A stretch of DNA of 63,959 nt, counting the filler, from Octopus bimaculoides (Eukaryota), in NCBI RefSeq assembly GCF_001194135.2. It is 8 parts of 8 records of this genome, joined end to end, with 100 filler letters (N's around TTAATTAATTAA, not from the genome) between each part and the next. Parts side by side here need not be neighbours in the genome. Positions count along the whole stretch, not along the records: positions 52,414 to 56,859 come from NC_068991.1; positions 56,960 to 59,134 come from NW_026350828.1; positions 59,235 to 61,335 come from NC_068985.1; positions 61,436 to 63,959 come from NC_069003.1; 4 more parts are not named here. One strand, given 5' to 3'. Within the stretch, counting starts at the first letter, position 1, and each line of letters starts with the position of its first letter. Shown here in pieces: positions 52,896 to 63,959 of the stretch. The notes under the pieces were generated by a model, which was not told the DNA's origin, ran no database searches, and saw nothing but the letters and a program-made list of their open reading frames with translations. Both the position numbers and the translations under genes were made by a program.

Positions 52896-54114
52896 CGCCT
52901 CTGTATGTGTATGTGTATAACCCAGAATGCTACAGTGAGACGTAGTCATAAAAAAACATATAGATTTTTCACAGAGAACAAAAAAATATATATATATACA
53001 CCACAGACAGATACAGCTTGAGTGAGCGAATGTGTGAATGAATGAATAAATGAATGAATGAATGAGCGAGTGAGTGACTGAGTGGGTAAGGAAGAAAACG
53101 AGAGGAGACGGGAAAAGAGTTTTATAATATCGTGCCATGTGGTTTGTTTCTTCTTAGAGATATGAAACGCTGCCTAAGACTTTTATACACCGTTATATAT
53201 NNNNNNNNNNNNNNNNNNNNNNNNNNNNNNNNNNNNNNNNNNNNNNNNNNNNNNNNNNNNNNNNNNNNNNNNNNNNNNNNNNNNNNNNNNNNNNNNNNNN
53301 NNNNNNNNNNNNNNNNNNNNNNNNNNNNNNNNNNNNNNNNNNNNNNNNNNNNNNNNNNNNNNNNNNNNNNNNNNNNNNNNNNNNNNNNNNNNNNNNNNNN
53401 NNNNNNNNNNNNNNNNNNNNNNNNNNNNNNNNNNNNNNNNNNNNNNNNNNNNNNNNNNNNNNNNNNNNNNNNNNNNNNNNNNNNNNNNNNNNNNNNNNNN
53501 NNNNNNNNNNNNNNNNNNNNNNNNNNNNNNNNNNNNNNNNNNNNNNNNNNNNNNNNNNNNNNNNNNNNNNNNNNNNNNNNTATATGAAATCAGGCTACGA
53601 CAGCGTATCACTGACGATATCACAACGATATCGTTACATGATCGTTACGTTAGCAACAACTACTACAACAAACATCAACAACAACAACAACAACCGCACT
53701 ACTACTACTACTACTACTACTACTATTACTACAGCTGCTACTACTATCGCCAACAGTAGGAACAGCAGTCTGTGTGTAAATAACTGGAAAGAAGGCAAAT
53801 TAGAGAAGGCAGAAGAATTAGGAGTTAAGTGTAAGAATAAAGGAGGGAGTTGCCTGATTTATCTTATCGCCATATGGCCTTGTGGTTACGGGTGGTTCGC
53901 TCACGATCTTATGATCACGGTTTCGTTTACCCGACCGGCGGGAGCGTTGTTTGTTTTTGTTTTTTTGTGTGTGTGCAAAAGAGAAGAAAACACATTAGTT
54001 CACTTTAGTTCAGGTCACTCAGCTGTAAAAAATGAGTAATGTTGCGACGGACCGACGGACGGACGGTTCGGGGACAAACAAATGACCATACTACATGACA
54101 ACCATTCATAGATT

Positions 54115-54325
54115 AAGGCGGTGAGCTGGCAGAAACGTTAGCACGCCGGGCGAAATGCTTAGCGGTATTTCGTCTGCCTTTACGTTCTGAGTTCAAATTC
54201 CGCCGAGGTTGACTTTGCCTTTCATCCTTTCGGGGTCGATAATTTAGGTAATCGACTTAATCCGTTTGTCTGTCCTTTGTTTGTCTTCTCTATGTTTAGC
54301 CTCTTGTGGGCAGTAAAGAAATAAG
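54115..54325 (+). mobile_element. SINE family E (other copies at 26895-27250, 59235-59390, 60230-60445, 60590-60610 and 62365-62610)
   Basis: Head AGGCGGTGAGCTGGCAGAAACGTTAGC...GAGTTCAAATTCC. Confidence 0.9.
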
Positions 54326-55675
54326 ATAAAAGCAAACAAAATGTATCCAAATTTAAGTAACATAAGACATTTGGTGCGACGCTCAAATTCGCTACCCTAA
54401 TTCTACAACTACATTATNNNNNNNNNNNNNNNNNNNNNNNNNNNNNNNNNNNNNNNNNNNNNNNNNNNNNNNNNNNNNNNNNNNNNNNNNNNNNNNNNNN
54501 NNNNNNNNNNNNNNNNNNNNNNNNNNNNNNNNNNNNNNNNNNNNNNNNNNNNNNNNNNNNNNNNNNNNNNNNNNNNNNNNNNNNNNNNNNNNNNNNNNNN
54601 NNNNNNNNNNNNNNNNNNNNNNNNNNNNNNNNNNNNNNNNNNNNNNNNNNNNNNNNNNNNNNNNNNNNNNNNNNNNNNNNNNNNNNNNNNNNNNNNNNNN
54701 NNNGTTACAAACACGATCACAGAGACACACATACATATGCGATGGGCTTCCGCGCAGTTTCCATTTATCAAGTTCTCTCAGAAGGCATTGATTGACCCGA
54801 AGGTATAGTAGAAGGCACTTGCTCAAGGTACAGCGCAGTGGGGCTGAACGCGAACCCATGCAGTTGCAAAGCGAAATTCCTAAACCCGCCGTCTGTGATG
54901 TTTGTGATGGTGATGATGGTGACTATTACTACTGCTGCTGCTATTACAATCGACACGAGAAACGGGAACACACACGACTTAACCCAAAATAAACGGGACA
55001 CCTTTGTGGAATCCCAATTTGCTAGAAATCAAAGTCAAACTCAATTGAATCGGAATTTAGATTATACAACAGCACCTAAAAAGACGTGATTGTCATATCT
55101 GGACCACTCTGCCTTTGATTATAGGATGGTAAGTTAACGGCTGACCTGGGGCTACGCGGCAGCAATGATTATTAAGTCGACGTCAATAACAACAACAATA
55201 AGAAAAACAGAAAGGAAAAACAACGGCGGTAACTGTGGACAAAAACAATGACACGAACAATAACAACAACAACAGCAACACGAGAACTACAACAACAACC
55301 ACCAAGACGACAACAAAAACGACAACATTCAAGAAACAACAAGGGTGACAGCAATACAAATAAAAACAGCGACAGCGATGATAACAACAAGAACAACAAC
55401 AAAAGCTACATACTCTTTTACTTGTTTCAGTCATTTGACTGCGGCCATGCTGGGGCACCGCCTTTCGTCGAGCAAATCGACCCCGGGACTTATTCTTTGT
55501 AAGCCTAGTACTTATTCTATCGGTATCATTTGCTGAACCGCTAATTGACGGGGACATAAACACACCAGTATCGGTTGTCAAGCGATGCTAGGGTGACAAA
55601 CACAGACACACAAACACACACACATATACACACACACAGACACACACACACACACACACACACNNNNNNNNNNAA

Positions 55676-55929
55676 CAGGCTGCTCATGAAATTAACGTGC
55701 AAGTGGCTGAGTACTCCACAGACGCGCGTACATTTAACCTAGTTCTCGGGGAAATTTAGTGCGATATATAATGTGACAAGGCTGGCCCTTTTTGAATTAC
55801 AGGTACAATTCATTTCTGCCAGTTGAGTGTATTAGAGCAACGCGAAAATAAAGAGGCTTGCCCAAGGACACAGCGCGCCCCTGGGAATGGAATTCACGAC
55901 CTGACGATCGTGAGCCCAATACCTTAACC
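55676..55929 (-). mobile_element. SINE with a family-A 3' half and a different CORE-like 5' half
   Basis: Shares TTAACGTGCAAGTGGCTGAG...GAATTACAGGTACAA with family A, then diverges into GCTTGCCCAAGGACAC. Confidence 0.7.
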
Positions 55930-56240
55930 TAAAGGGTCTCAACCAGGGAGCATATGGCGCTTTGGGGCTCATATAAGAAATATAGTAAATTGGGTTCATT
56001 AGTATTTTAAGGGCCCTTGAAAACCATTTCGTCTTAGATATATTTAATGCAAGAAACAGCTTGCTTTTTTGTTTTTCCTCTGGAGCATTATATTAATTCA
56101 GTCTACACAAGTTAATGTGGGGAAAACAAAATAGGAAATTCGAAGGAATTATCTATAAACGTAGTTTTTAAACATTAAATGGCTCTGGAGGTTCCACCAG
56201 AATAAAACAGATGAAATAACAAAATGGTTGAGAACAACTG
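55930..56240. mobile_element. hAT-type MITE inserted in a SINE head
   Basis: Ends AAAGGGTCTCAACC and GGTTGAGAACAACTG. Imperfect 8-bp TSD CCTTAACC/CCCAAACC. Confidence 0.55.
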
Positions 56241-56349
56241 CCCAAACCACAATGCCACGCGACAATAACAATGACAGTAGCAAAAACGTTAATACCAGTA
56301 ATTGCCGTGACAAGAATATCTTTTCTACTCTAAGTACAAGGCCCGAAAT

Positions 56350-56860
56350 GTTTTAGGGAGAGGGCCAGTCGATTAGATCGACCCCAGTACGCAACTGGTG
56401 CTTAATTTATCGACCCCGAAAGGATGAAAGGCAAAGTCGACCTCGACGGAATTTGAACTCAGAACGTAGCGGCAGATGAAATACCACTAAGTATTTCGCC
56501 CGACGTGCTAACGTTTCTTATTTCTTTATTATCCACAAGGGGCTACACACAGAGGGGACAAACAAGGACAGACAAACGGATTAAGTCGACTATATCGACC
56601 CTAGTGTGTAACTGCTACTTCTTTAATCGACCCCGAAAAGATAAAAGGTAAAGTCGATCTCGGCGGAACTTGATCTCAGAACGTAAAGACAGACGAAATA
56701 CGGCGAAGTATTTCGCCCGGCGTGCTAACGTTTCTTATTTCTTTATTGCCCACAAGGGACTAAACATAGGGGGAACAAACAAGGACAGACAAAGGGATTA
56801 AGTCGATTACATTGACTCCAGTGCGTAACTTCTACTTAATTTATCGACCCCGAAAGGATN
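56350..56860 (-). repeat. Head-to-tail tandem array of 5'-truncated family-E SINEs, 217-bp period
   Basis: The same junction GCTAACGTTTCT|TATTTCTTTATT occurs at 56519 and 56736. The array runs into a gap. Confidence 0.9.
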
Positions 56861-57220
56861 NNNNNNNNNNNNNNNNNNNNNNNNNNNNNNNNNNNNNNNN
56901 NNNTTAATTAATTAANNNNNNNNNNNNNNNNNNNNNNNNNNNNNNNNNNNNNNNNNNNNAATATATATTTTTACCTTCTGTGTTTTTATGTATATGTATT
57001 TTTTTATTTTTTTATCAGTTTAAGAACCATGGTGATATTTATATGTGATTAAATGTTTGAGGGTTGGTGTTGTATATAAAGTCGTTGACTTGAATTTGAT
57101 GTTTGTTCTATAACCAATGTTTCTTTATCTTTGTCTCATTCACATTTGAGCACTTCTTTTGCAGTCCTATAAACCCTTTTGTTTCTATAAAAATATTATT
57201 TCTCGTTGTATATATATATA

Positions 57221-57786
57221 TAAAGGTGTTCATTAAAGATTTCCTCTGTCCCCCTTCCAGTTATTGCAGGAAACAGAACTTGTACAGGTGTAATCATACA
57301 TGTTTGTATGTTACATTGTAAATTGCAGCTTTCCACTAGAATTCATTTGTCTTTTACAGCTGCTGAAGTGGATTCAGGTGTTATAATGGAGCCAGTTGAA
57401 TGCAGATCAGTGATCAGGTTCTTTATACTTGAAAGGTCGTACACCAAAAGAGACTTTTAATGAGATGAAAGAAGTTTATGGTGACAATGCACCATCATAT
57501 GATGTAGTCAAGCAATGGCATCACCAGTTCAAATGTAGTCAGATGTAGGTAGAAACTGATCCTATTCCTGGACAACTACATTCCACCATTGATGATGACT
57601 CCATCCATAAAGTGGAGGATCACTGCATAACTATTCAGTAACTAGGTCTTCACAGGTGCATAAAGCAATGGGAGAAATGTGTCACCACTAGGGGTGGGTA
57701 TGTAGGGAAGGACTATTATGCCAAGGTTTGTTTATCCCAGTCCTTGGGAAGTAGGTCAGAGGAAATCTTTAATGAACATCTCTTGT
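57221..57786 (+). mobile_element. Internally deleted mariner (MITE-like)
   Basis: TIRs GTGTTCATTAAAGATTTCCTCTG (57226) and CAGAGGAAATCTTTAATGAACAT (57757). HTH N-terminus MEPVECRSVIR...YLKGRTPKETFNEMKEVYGDNAPSYDVVKQW is joined to the C-terminal RCIKQWEKCVTTRGGYV. The catalytic core is missing. Confidence 0.85.
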
Positions 57787-57814
57787 GTATTTATGTATGT
57801 ATGTAATGTATATA

Positions 57815-57855
<41 letters not shown>

Positions 57856-58391
57856 TTGTATATATAGTATGCACACACACACATTTATACATACATATAN
57901 NNNNNNNNNNNNNNNNNNNNNNNNNNNNNNNNNNNNNNNNNNNNNNNNNNNNNNNNNNNNNNNNNNNNNNNNNNNNNNNNNNNNNNNNNNNNNNNNNNNN
58001 NNNNNNNNNNNNNNNNNNNNNNNNNNNNNNNNNNNNNNNNNNNNNNNNNNNNNNNNNNNNNNNNNNNNNNNNNNNNNNNNNNNNNNNNNNNNNNNNNNNN
58101 NNNNNNNNNNNNNNNNNNNNNNNNNNNNNNNNNNNNNNNNNNNNNNNNNNNNNNNNNNNNNNNNNNNNNNNNNNNNNNNNNNNNNNNNNNNNNNNNNNNN
58201 NNNNNAGAAGACAAAGAAAGCAATTAGCCCATCTTTAATTACCAGTAGTAATTTTTATGATACTACTGTTCTCTGTTTTAATGCTATTGCATGTGAAAAT
58301 TCTATGTGAAAAGTTGAGGGCTGCATTGAAAACATTCCAATTTTCTAGTCTATCAAAACCATAACACACACACACTACACACACTACACAC

Positions 58392-58425
<34 letters not shown>

Positions 58426-58571
58426 TACACACACACACACACACATGTGTGTGTATACATATGTATGCATAGTAAGAAGCTTGCTTCCCAACCATATGGT
58501 TCCCAGTTCAGACCAACCAAAGCTTTGTGAGTGGATTTGGTAGACAGAAACTGGAAGAAAACCACTGTATG

Positions 58572-58870
58572 TATCAGCTCATTAAGAATGAAATGTCCGA
58601 TTTTGAACTGAAAGTCTATTTTACTTTATCTCAACAAAAAGCAATGCAGTTAATCAAAGTATGCACCTAAATTAGCAACATAATTTTACCATTTTATCGG
58701 TAGTTTATTTATGCCAGCAGCAAAGAATTCTGGAGAGCAAGAGGTGATGAAATCACGAAAGGCTGTTTTTGCATCTTCCTCAGATCTGAAGTCTTCTTTT
58801 TTGCAAAAAGTTGTCTAATGCCTGAAAAATGTAATAGTCAGTTGGTGCAAGGTCTGGTAAATATGGTGGA
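58572..58870 (-). mobile_element. Mariner 3' fragment with TIR
   Basis: FRSEEDAKTAFRDFITSCSPEFFAAGINKLPIKW*NYVANLGAYFD*. TIR TATCAGCTCATTAAGAATGAAATGTCCG. Confidence 0.8.
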
Positions 58871-59080
58871 TGAGAGAATACTTCCAAGTTCAGTTCCTGT
58901 GTGTAACTATGCATGCATGCATGTCTATATTTATGTATGTGTGTCTGTGTGTTCGTGTGTGTCTGTGTGTTCGTGTGTGTCTGTGTGTTCGTGTGTGTCT
59001 GTGTGTTCGTGTGTGCCTACATGCATGTGAGTGGGTACACATGTATGCATGCCTGCATGTACCCATATATCCTCTCTCTC

Positions 59081-59134
<54 letters not shown>

Positions 59135-59739
59135 NNNNNNNNNNNNNNNNNNNNNNNNNNNNNNNNNNNNNNNNNNNNTTAATTAATTAANNNNNNNNNN
59201 NNNNNNNNNNNNNNNNNNNNNNNNNNNNNNNNNNACGTCTGTCTTTACGTTTTGAGTTCAAATCTCACCGTGGTCGATCTTGCCATTCATTCTTTTGAGG
59301 TTGATAACATAAATACCAGTTGAGTACTGGAGTTTATGTAATCGAAATTACTCCCTCCTCCGAAACTGTTCATCTTGTGCCAGAAATTGAACCCAAGATA
59401 TAAGATTCACTTCGTTCCATTTCAAAATATTGGAATAATTTTCAAACGATTATAACAGCTACTAAACTCGAAAATTCAATAGCAGCTTACTTTGCAAATT
59501 GAAAATACTAAGAACATTATAAGAATAGACAGACATAGTCTAGTACAATACATGTTTCGGAAACAAAAAGACTGTCAAATTATATGTGCCTCACATGACG
59601 ATATAGAAATAATTTACCTGCACATCAGGTCGCATAGCTGTTAATTATGTGACTGTCCTATTCTTCTGCTCTTCCTCGCCCTTCGTCTGATAATTATTAC
59701 AATGATCATCAACATCATCATCACACACATATATCTCAG

Positions 59740-60020
59740 CGTCAACCGGCGACTATATTAAAAGACACTTCACCAAATTTTACACGCAGCAGGGGCCGAA
59801 GTCACCTCGTTACAAAATGAATTTGTGAAGCACTTCGTTCAAAATGGTTTATTGATTTATCCGCCGGTATTAATAGAAATTTTCCTGATAGTTTCAGGTA
59901 CTCGATTACCTCACCACGATTTAAACCAGTATTATGGCGCCATCTTTTCGATTAAATGCCGGAAATTGCTGGAATTCAGCAACAACTTACATGACATCGG
60001 AACATAGTACTCGCTAGATG
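59740..60020. promoter_or_regulatory. Possible promoter with a YY1-type motif
   Basis: ATGGCGCCATCTT at 59934-59946 (AAGATGGCGCCAT on the minus strand) within locally CpG-rich unique DNA. Minus-strand donor gag|gtaatc at 59909. Confidence 0.3.
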
Positions 60021-60447
60021 CAATTTTACTCTGGAAATTATGGATAGCTGTTGTAATTGTTTACCTCTGTTTCTTTTTATTGATCAGCCCCAATTTAAAG
60101 TGCATTATATCCATAGACGTCTGTCCTCTTTTTTTCTCATATATCTACTATTGTATTATTATTATTATAAGCATCGGAAGTAGTTTTTAATTGAAATAGC
60201 AATCACACTTTAGATAGACACAACGTTAAGGCGGCTAGTTGGCAGAATCGTTAGCACGCCGAGCAAAATGCTTTGCGGCATTTCATCCGTCTTTACGTTC
60301 TGAGTTCAAATTCTACCGACGTCATCTTTACCTTTTATACTTTCGGGGATCGAGAAAATGAGTATCCATTGAGCAGCAGGGTCGATGTAATTTACTTATC
60401 CTCTCCTCCGAACTTCCTGACCATGTCCAAAACTTGAAACCAGTATA

Positions 60448-60565
60448 CATTGGCTTGGTGCATAATTATTGCGGCTATTTTTCAACAAATTTTATTCAGC
60501 AAAAACAATAACAACATGTAACAAAAACATCTTTAAATGATTATTCCGGAGCATATTCACCAACT
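60448..60565. mobile_element. Mariner-derived MITE end
   Basis: TTGGCTTGGTGCATAATTATTGCGG resembles the Hsmar/MADE-type TIR TTAGGTTGGTGCAAAAGTAATTGCGG. Confidence 0.5.
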
Positions 60566-61435
60566 ACTTCAATTTCGTCCAGCGTGCTAACGATTCTGCC
60601 AGTTCGCCGCCTTCGTACAACTCGTGTTTACCACCAGCAGAGTGAATTGGAGCAACACGAATTAAAATGCCTTGCTCAATGATAGAAAGCGCCACCATGA
60701 ATCGAACTCCCGATCCTGAGCCAAATACGCTAACCACTAAGCTACAACCCTTCAATCCTTGCTGTACAGTTTTAAGATTATCGGAAGAATATATTTTCAA
60801 TTGTTTTCCCTTTTCAAGGTTGTAAGATTTGGCTGCTGTTTTTGGTAGTTGGATCGAATGCATACCTGTTTCCACACAGTGCGGTAAATTATTTATGTTG
60901 TTCATTGCTGAACTCATTTCTCTCGTTCATAAATACACCATTTTGGAAAACAAAATAACTAAAAGATTTTTTTTTATGATTGTATTCTATGGATGATTAA
61001 AAGTGTGATTAGAGTAAACATGCTTCAAAACTAGTAAACACTTCAAATGAATTGGAGGCTTGTGACGCTTATTTTTTAATGTAAACGGTTGTGCTTAAAT
61101 TTATTCTGAAATATTTTTCATATAATTAAGAACGACGATATTTCTTTCCTATAAACGAGATTATATTGGTGTGATTAATTATAAAGATATTCGCTTACCA
61201 TAATTTTTTTGGTTGTGAAAGTTGGGAAAACATTTGTGGAATACTGAAAGGAATGTGGAGACTCTACCTCGGATATGGGAATAGAGTTGAGGACAACGCT
61301 TTATCTAAAAGGAAAATAAAACGGAATTCTATTATNNNNNNNNNNNNNNNNNNNNNNNNNNNNNNNNNNNNNNNNNNNNTTAATTAATTAANNNNNNNNN
61401 NNNNNNNNNNNNNNNNNNNNNNNNNNNNNNNNNNN

Positions 61436-61470
<35 letters not shown>

Positions 61471-61887
61471 CGTTGTCTACTTATGTGTATATACGTGTAT
61501 TTGTATGCCTATCTCTCTGTATGTAGTTGTGTATGTGCCTGTATATATATATATATACGAGTGTGTATATTCGTGTACATGTCTATGATTGTGCTTATGT
61601 GATTTTCATGTATGTATGTGCGTGTATGCGTTTGTGTGCATATTAGCGTATGCCTGCATGTGTATATCGGTTTCTGTGTGTAAGTGTGTGTGTGTATATG
61701 TGTGTGCGTGATATAGAACGGTACATTATGCTCGTATGTCAGCTTATGTGTCTGTAACATTTGTGTGTGTTCGTACAACTAGCGCCATCTACGCTTATAA
61801 GAATGCGTGTCTGTGCGAAGAAGAGATGGAGACAGTAAGAGAATACGAGAAAGTATCAGGTCTATTCTGTACGCATACAATTTTCCG

Positions 61888-61889
61888 TT

Positions 61890-61936
<47 letters not shown>

Positions 61937-62130
61937 TGTGGTGGCGGTGATGGTAGTAGTAGTAGTAGTAGTGGTTGTGGTGGCGGTGATGGTAGTAGTA
62001 GNNNNNNNNNNTGGCGGTGATGGTAGTAGTAGTAGTAGTAGTGGTTGTGGTGGCGGTGATGGTAGTAGTAGTAGTAGTAGTAGTGGTTGTGGTGGCGGTG
62101 ATGGTAGTAGTAGTAGTAGTAGTAGTGGTA
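61888..62130. repeat. Compound (AGT)n-GGTTGTGGTGGCGGTGATGGT minisatellite
   Basis: At least four units, with a small gap inside. Confidence 0.85.
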
Positions 62131-63658
62131 GTAGTAGGGGGGGGCGTAACACCCGTGATAGTCGAGGGATTACTGTGTATGAATGTATGCATGCATGCAT
62201 GCGTGTTTATGCTCCTAACTTAGCGGTTCGGCAAGAGAGAACGATAGAATAAGTGTTAGGCTAACAAAGATTAAGTCCTGAGGTCGATTTCTTTAAGGCC
62301 GTGCTCCAGCATGGCCGCAGTCAAGTGACTGAAACAAGTAAAAGAATAAATATATGCGGCAGTCTTCTTTCAGTTGCTTATTTCTTTATTGCCCACCAGG
62401 GGGCTAAACATAGAGGGGACAAACAAGGACAGACAAAGGGATTAAGTCGATTACATCAACCCCCAGTGCGTAACCGGGTACTTAATTTATCGACCCCGGA
62501 AGGATGAAAGGTAAAGTCGACCTCGGCGGAATTTGAACTCAGAACGTAACGGCAGACGAAATACTGCTAAGCATTTCGTCCGGCGCGCAAACGTTTCTGC
62601 CAGCTCGCCTCTTTCGTCTTCTTTCAGTTTCTGTCTACCAAATCCACTCACAAGGGATTAATTGGTTTGTGGGTATATTTCTAATATCCCCTATGTGTAC
62701 ACCCTAATGTGCCATACAGTGAGACTGAACCCGGTGCCATGCACTTCGGATGCAAATTTCTTACCGTACAGCCACGCCTTCTCTAAGCTTATTGTGATAT
62801 GATTTTGATCTAGACATAAGTTTCCACTTCAGCTTGGTCAGTCGCAATCATGATCACGTGGTACTAAATATGGTTATTGTACACAAAATCGTCTGGTTTT
62901 CGCATTTCAAAAACCCGAAAAAGAAAAAGAACAAAAGAAAGAAATTATATAGACATATATACATATATATATATACATACATATATACATATATACATAC
63001 ATATATACATATATACGTACATATATACATACATATATACAAACATATATTGTCGTTATGACAGTCTGGAAGGTTTGTAAAGCGACTTATTCTAACCAAG
63101 TCGAAACACGTCTTTAGTTAAGAAATATTTAATCTCCGTTTCTGACAAACTGACACGTTTAACAAAGGACATTAGAGATTTTTGTCTGCTAATATAAAGA
63201 AAATGTATATAAATAAATAAATAAATGAACTTTTCAAGACGGAGTTTTTCTCAATTTATAAAAGAAAAAAAAAAGAATTTAATAGAAAAATAGAATATTT
63301 TTCTTTACTTCTTGTTCGGGAGCTGATGGAGATGGGAGTAAATATGTTTGTTACTACGATATGGACGTTATTCTTTATCATCATCTTTTGCGATACAGAA
63401 GCCAAAGGATGGAGATAAATAAAAGAGATTGCAAATAAAACATAGCCTTTCCTTGCTCTTTAACTCGAAACTAGATCTCATCTAGTATCGAACGCCAGTC
63501 AGCTGTGACTCTTTGTTTTCAGACAATACTTCTAGGCCTCTATTAAGTAAAGATGTCCCATTTTCATTAGAGAGTAATGTGTGATTTGGTTATCATTTCT
63601 AGCAGCTCGAGTGACCACGTAACAGCTCTCACTTTGACTGTTAGTTATTTTCTTGGAA

Positions 63659-63959
63659 GTGGAGGCACAATGGCCCAGTGGTTAGGGCAGCGGACTCGCG
63701 GTCATAGGATCACGGTTTCGATTCCCTGACCGGGCGTTGTGAGTGTTTATTGAGCGAAAACACCTAAAGCTCCACGAGGCTCCGGCAGGGGATGGTGGCG
63801 AACCCTGCTGTACTCTTTCACCACAACGTTCTCTCACTCTTACTTCCTGTTTCTGTTGTGTCTGTAATTCAAAGGGTCAGCCTTGTCACACTGTGTCACG
63901 CTGAATATCCCCGAGAACTACGTTAAGGGTACACGTGTCTGTGGAGTGCTCAGCCACTT
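63659..63959 (+). mobile_element. SINE family A, truncated by the window end
   Basis: Same head and body as 13268. Confidence 0.9.

Noticed and set aside
57350-57560. Apparent plus-strand exon after a cttttacag acceptor
   Set aside because: It lies between mariner TIRs and encodes the transposase HTH.
60850-60917. Putative first coding exon MSSAMNNINNLPHCVET with a gtatgc donor
   Set aside because: It has no signal-peptide character, the rest of the ORF is SINE-derived, and spacers separate it from the receptor gene.

Overview
AT-rich, microsatellite-saturated eukaryotic draft-scaffold DNA. An octopod cephalopod is the most likely source; this is inferred from three to four abundant tRNA-derived SINE families resembling the octopus OK/OR-type SINEs. 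The window has many N gaps and seven artificial N44-TTAATTAATTAA-N44 spacers, so adjacency across those points is uncertain. Most unique-looking sequence is transposon debris: Penelope, Tx1/L1, CR1-like, Gypsy, mariner, Tc1, maT, hAT and pogo-like MITEs. Most ORFs in the supplied track are microsatellite artefacts. Reading splice signals by hand recovers a minus-strand, multi-exon gene that the ORF track misses. Its exons (52258-52115, 47791-47534, 46752-46570, 46382-46239, 44253-44163) are phase-compatible. They encode an F-type lectin (FTP) domain whose fucose-binding triad has degenerated, a laminin/SREC-type EGF repeat and a transmembrane helix, so this is probably an orphan cell-surface receptor. 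One plus-strand exon (26723-26837) resembles the end of the second RA domain of afadin/canoe. Also noted: two or three promoter-like CpG islands, a tandem array of truncated SINEs, a ~115-130 bp tandemly amplified dispersed repeat, and degenerate hammerhead-like motifs. No CRISPR, rRNA or true tRNA genes were found.
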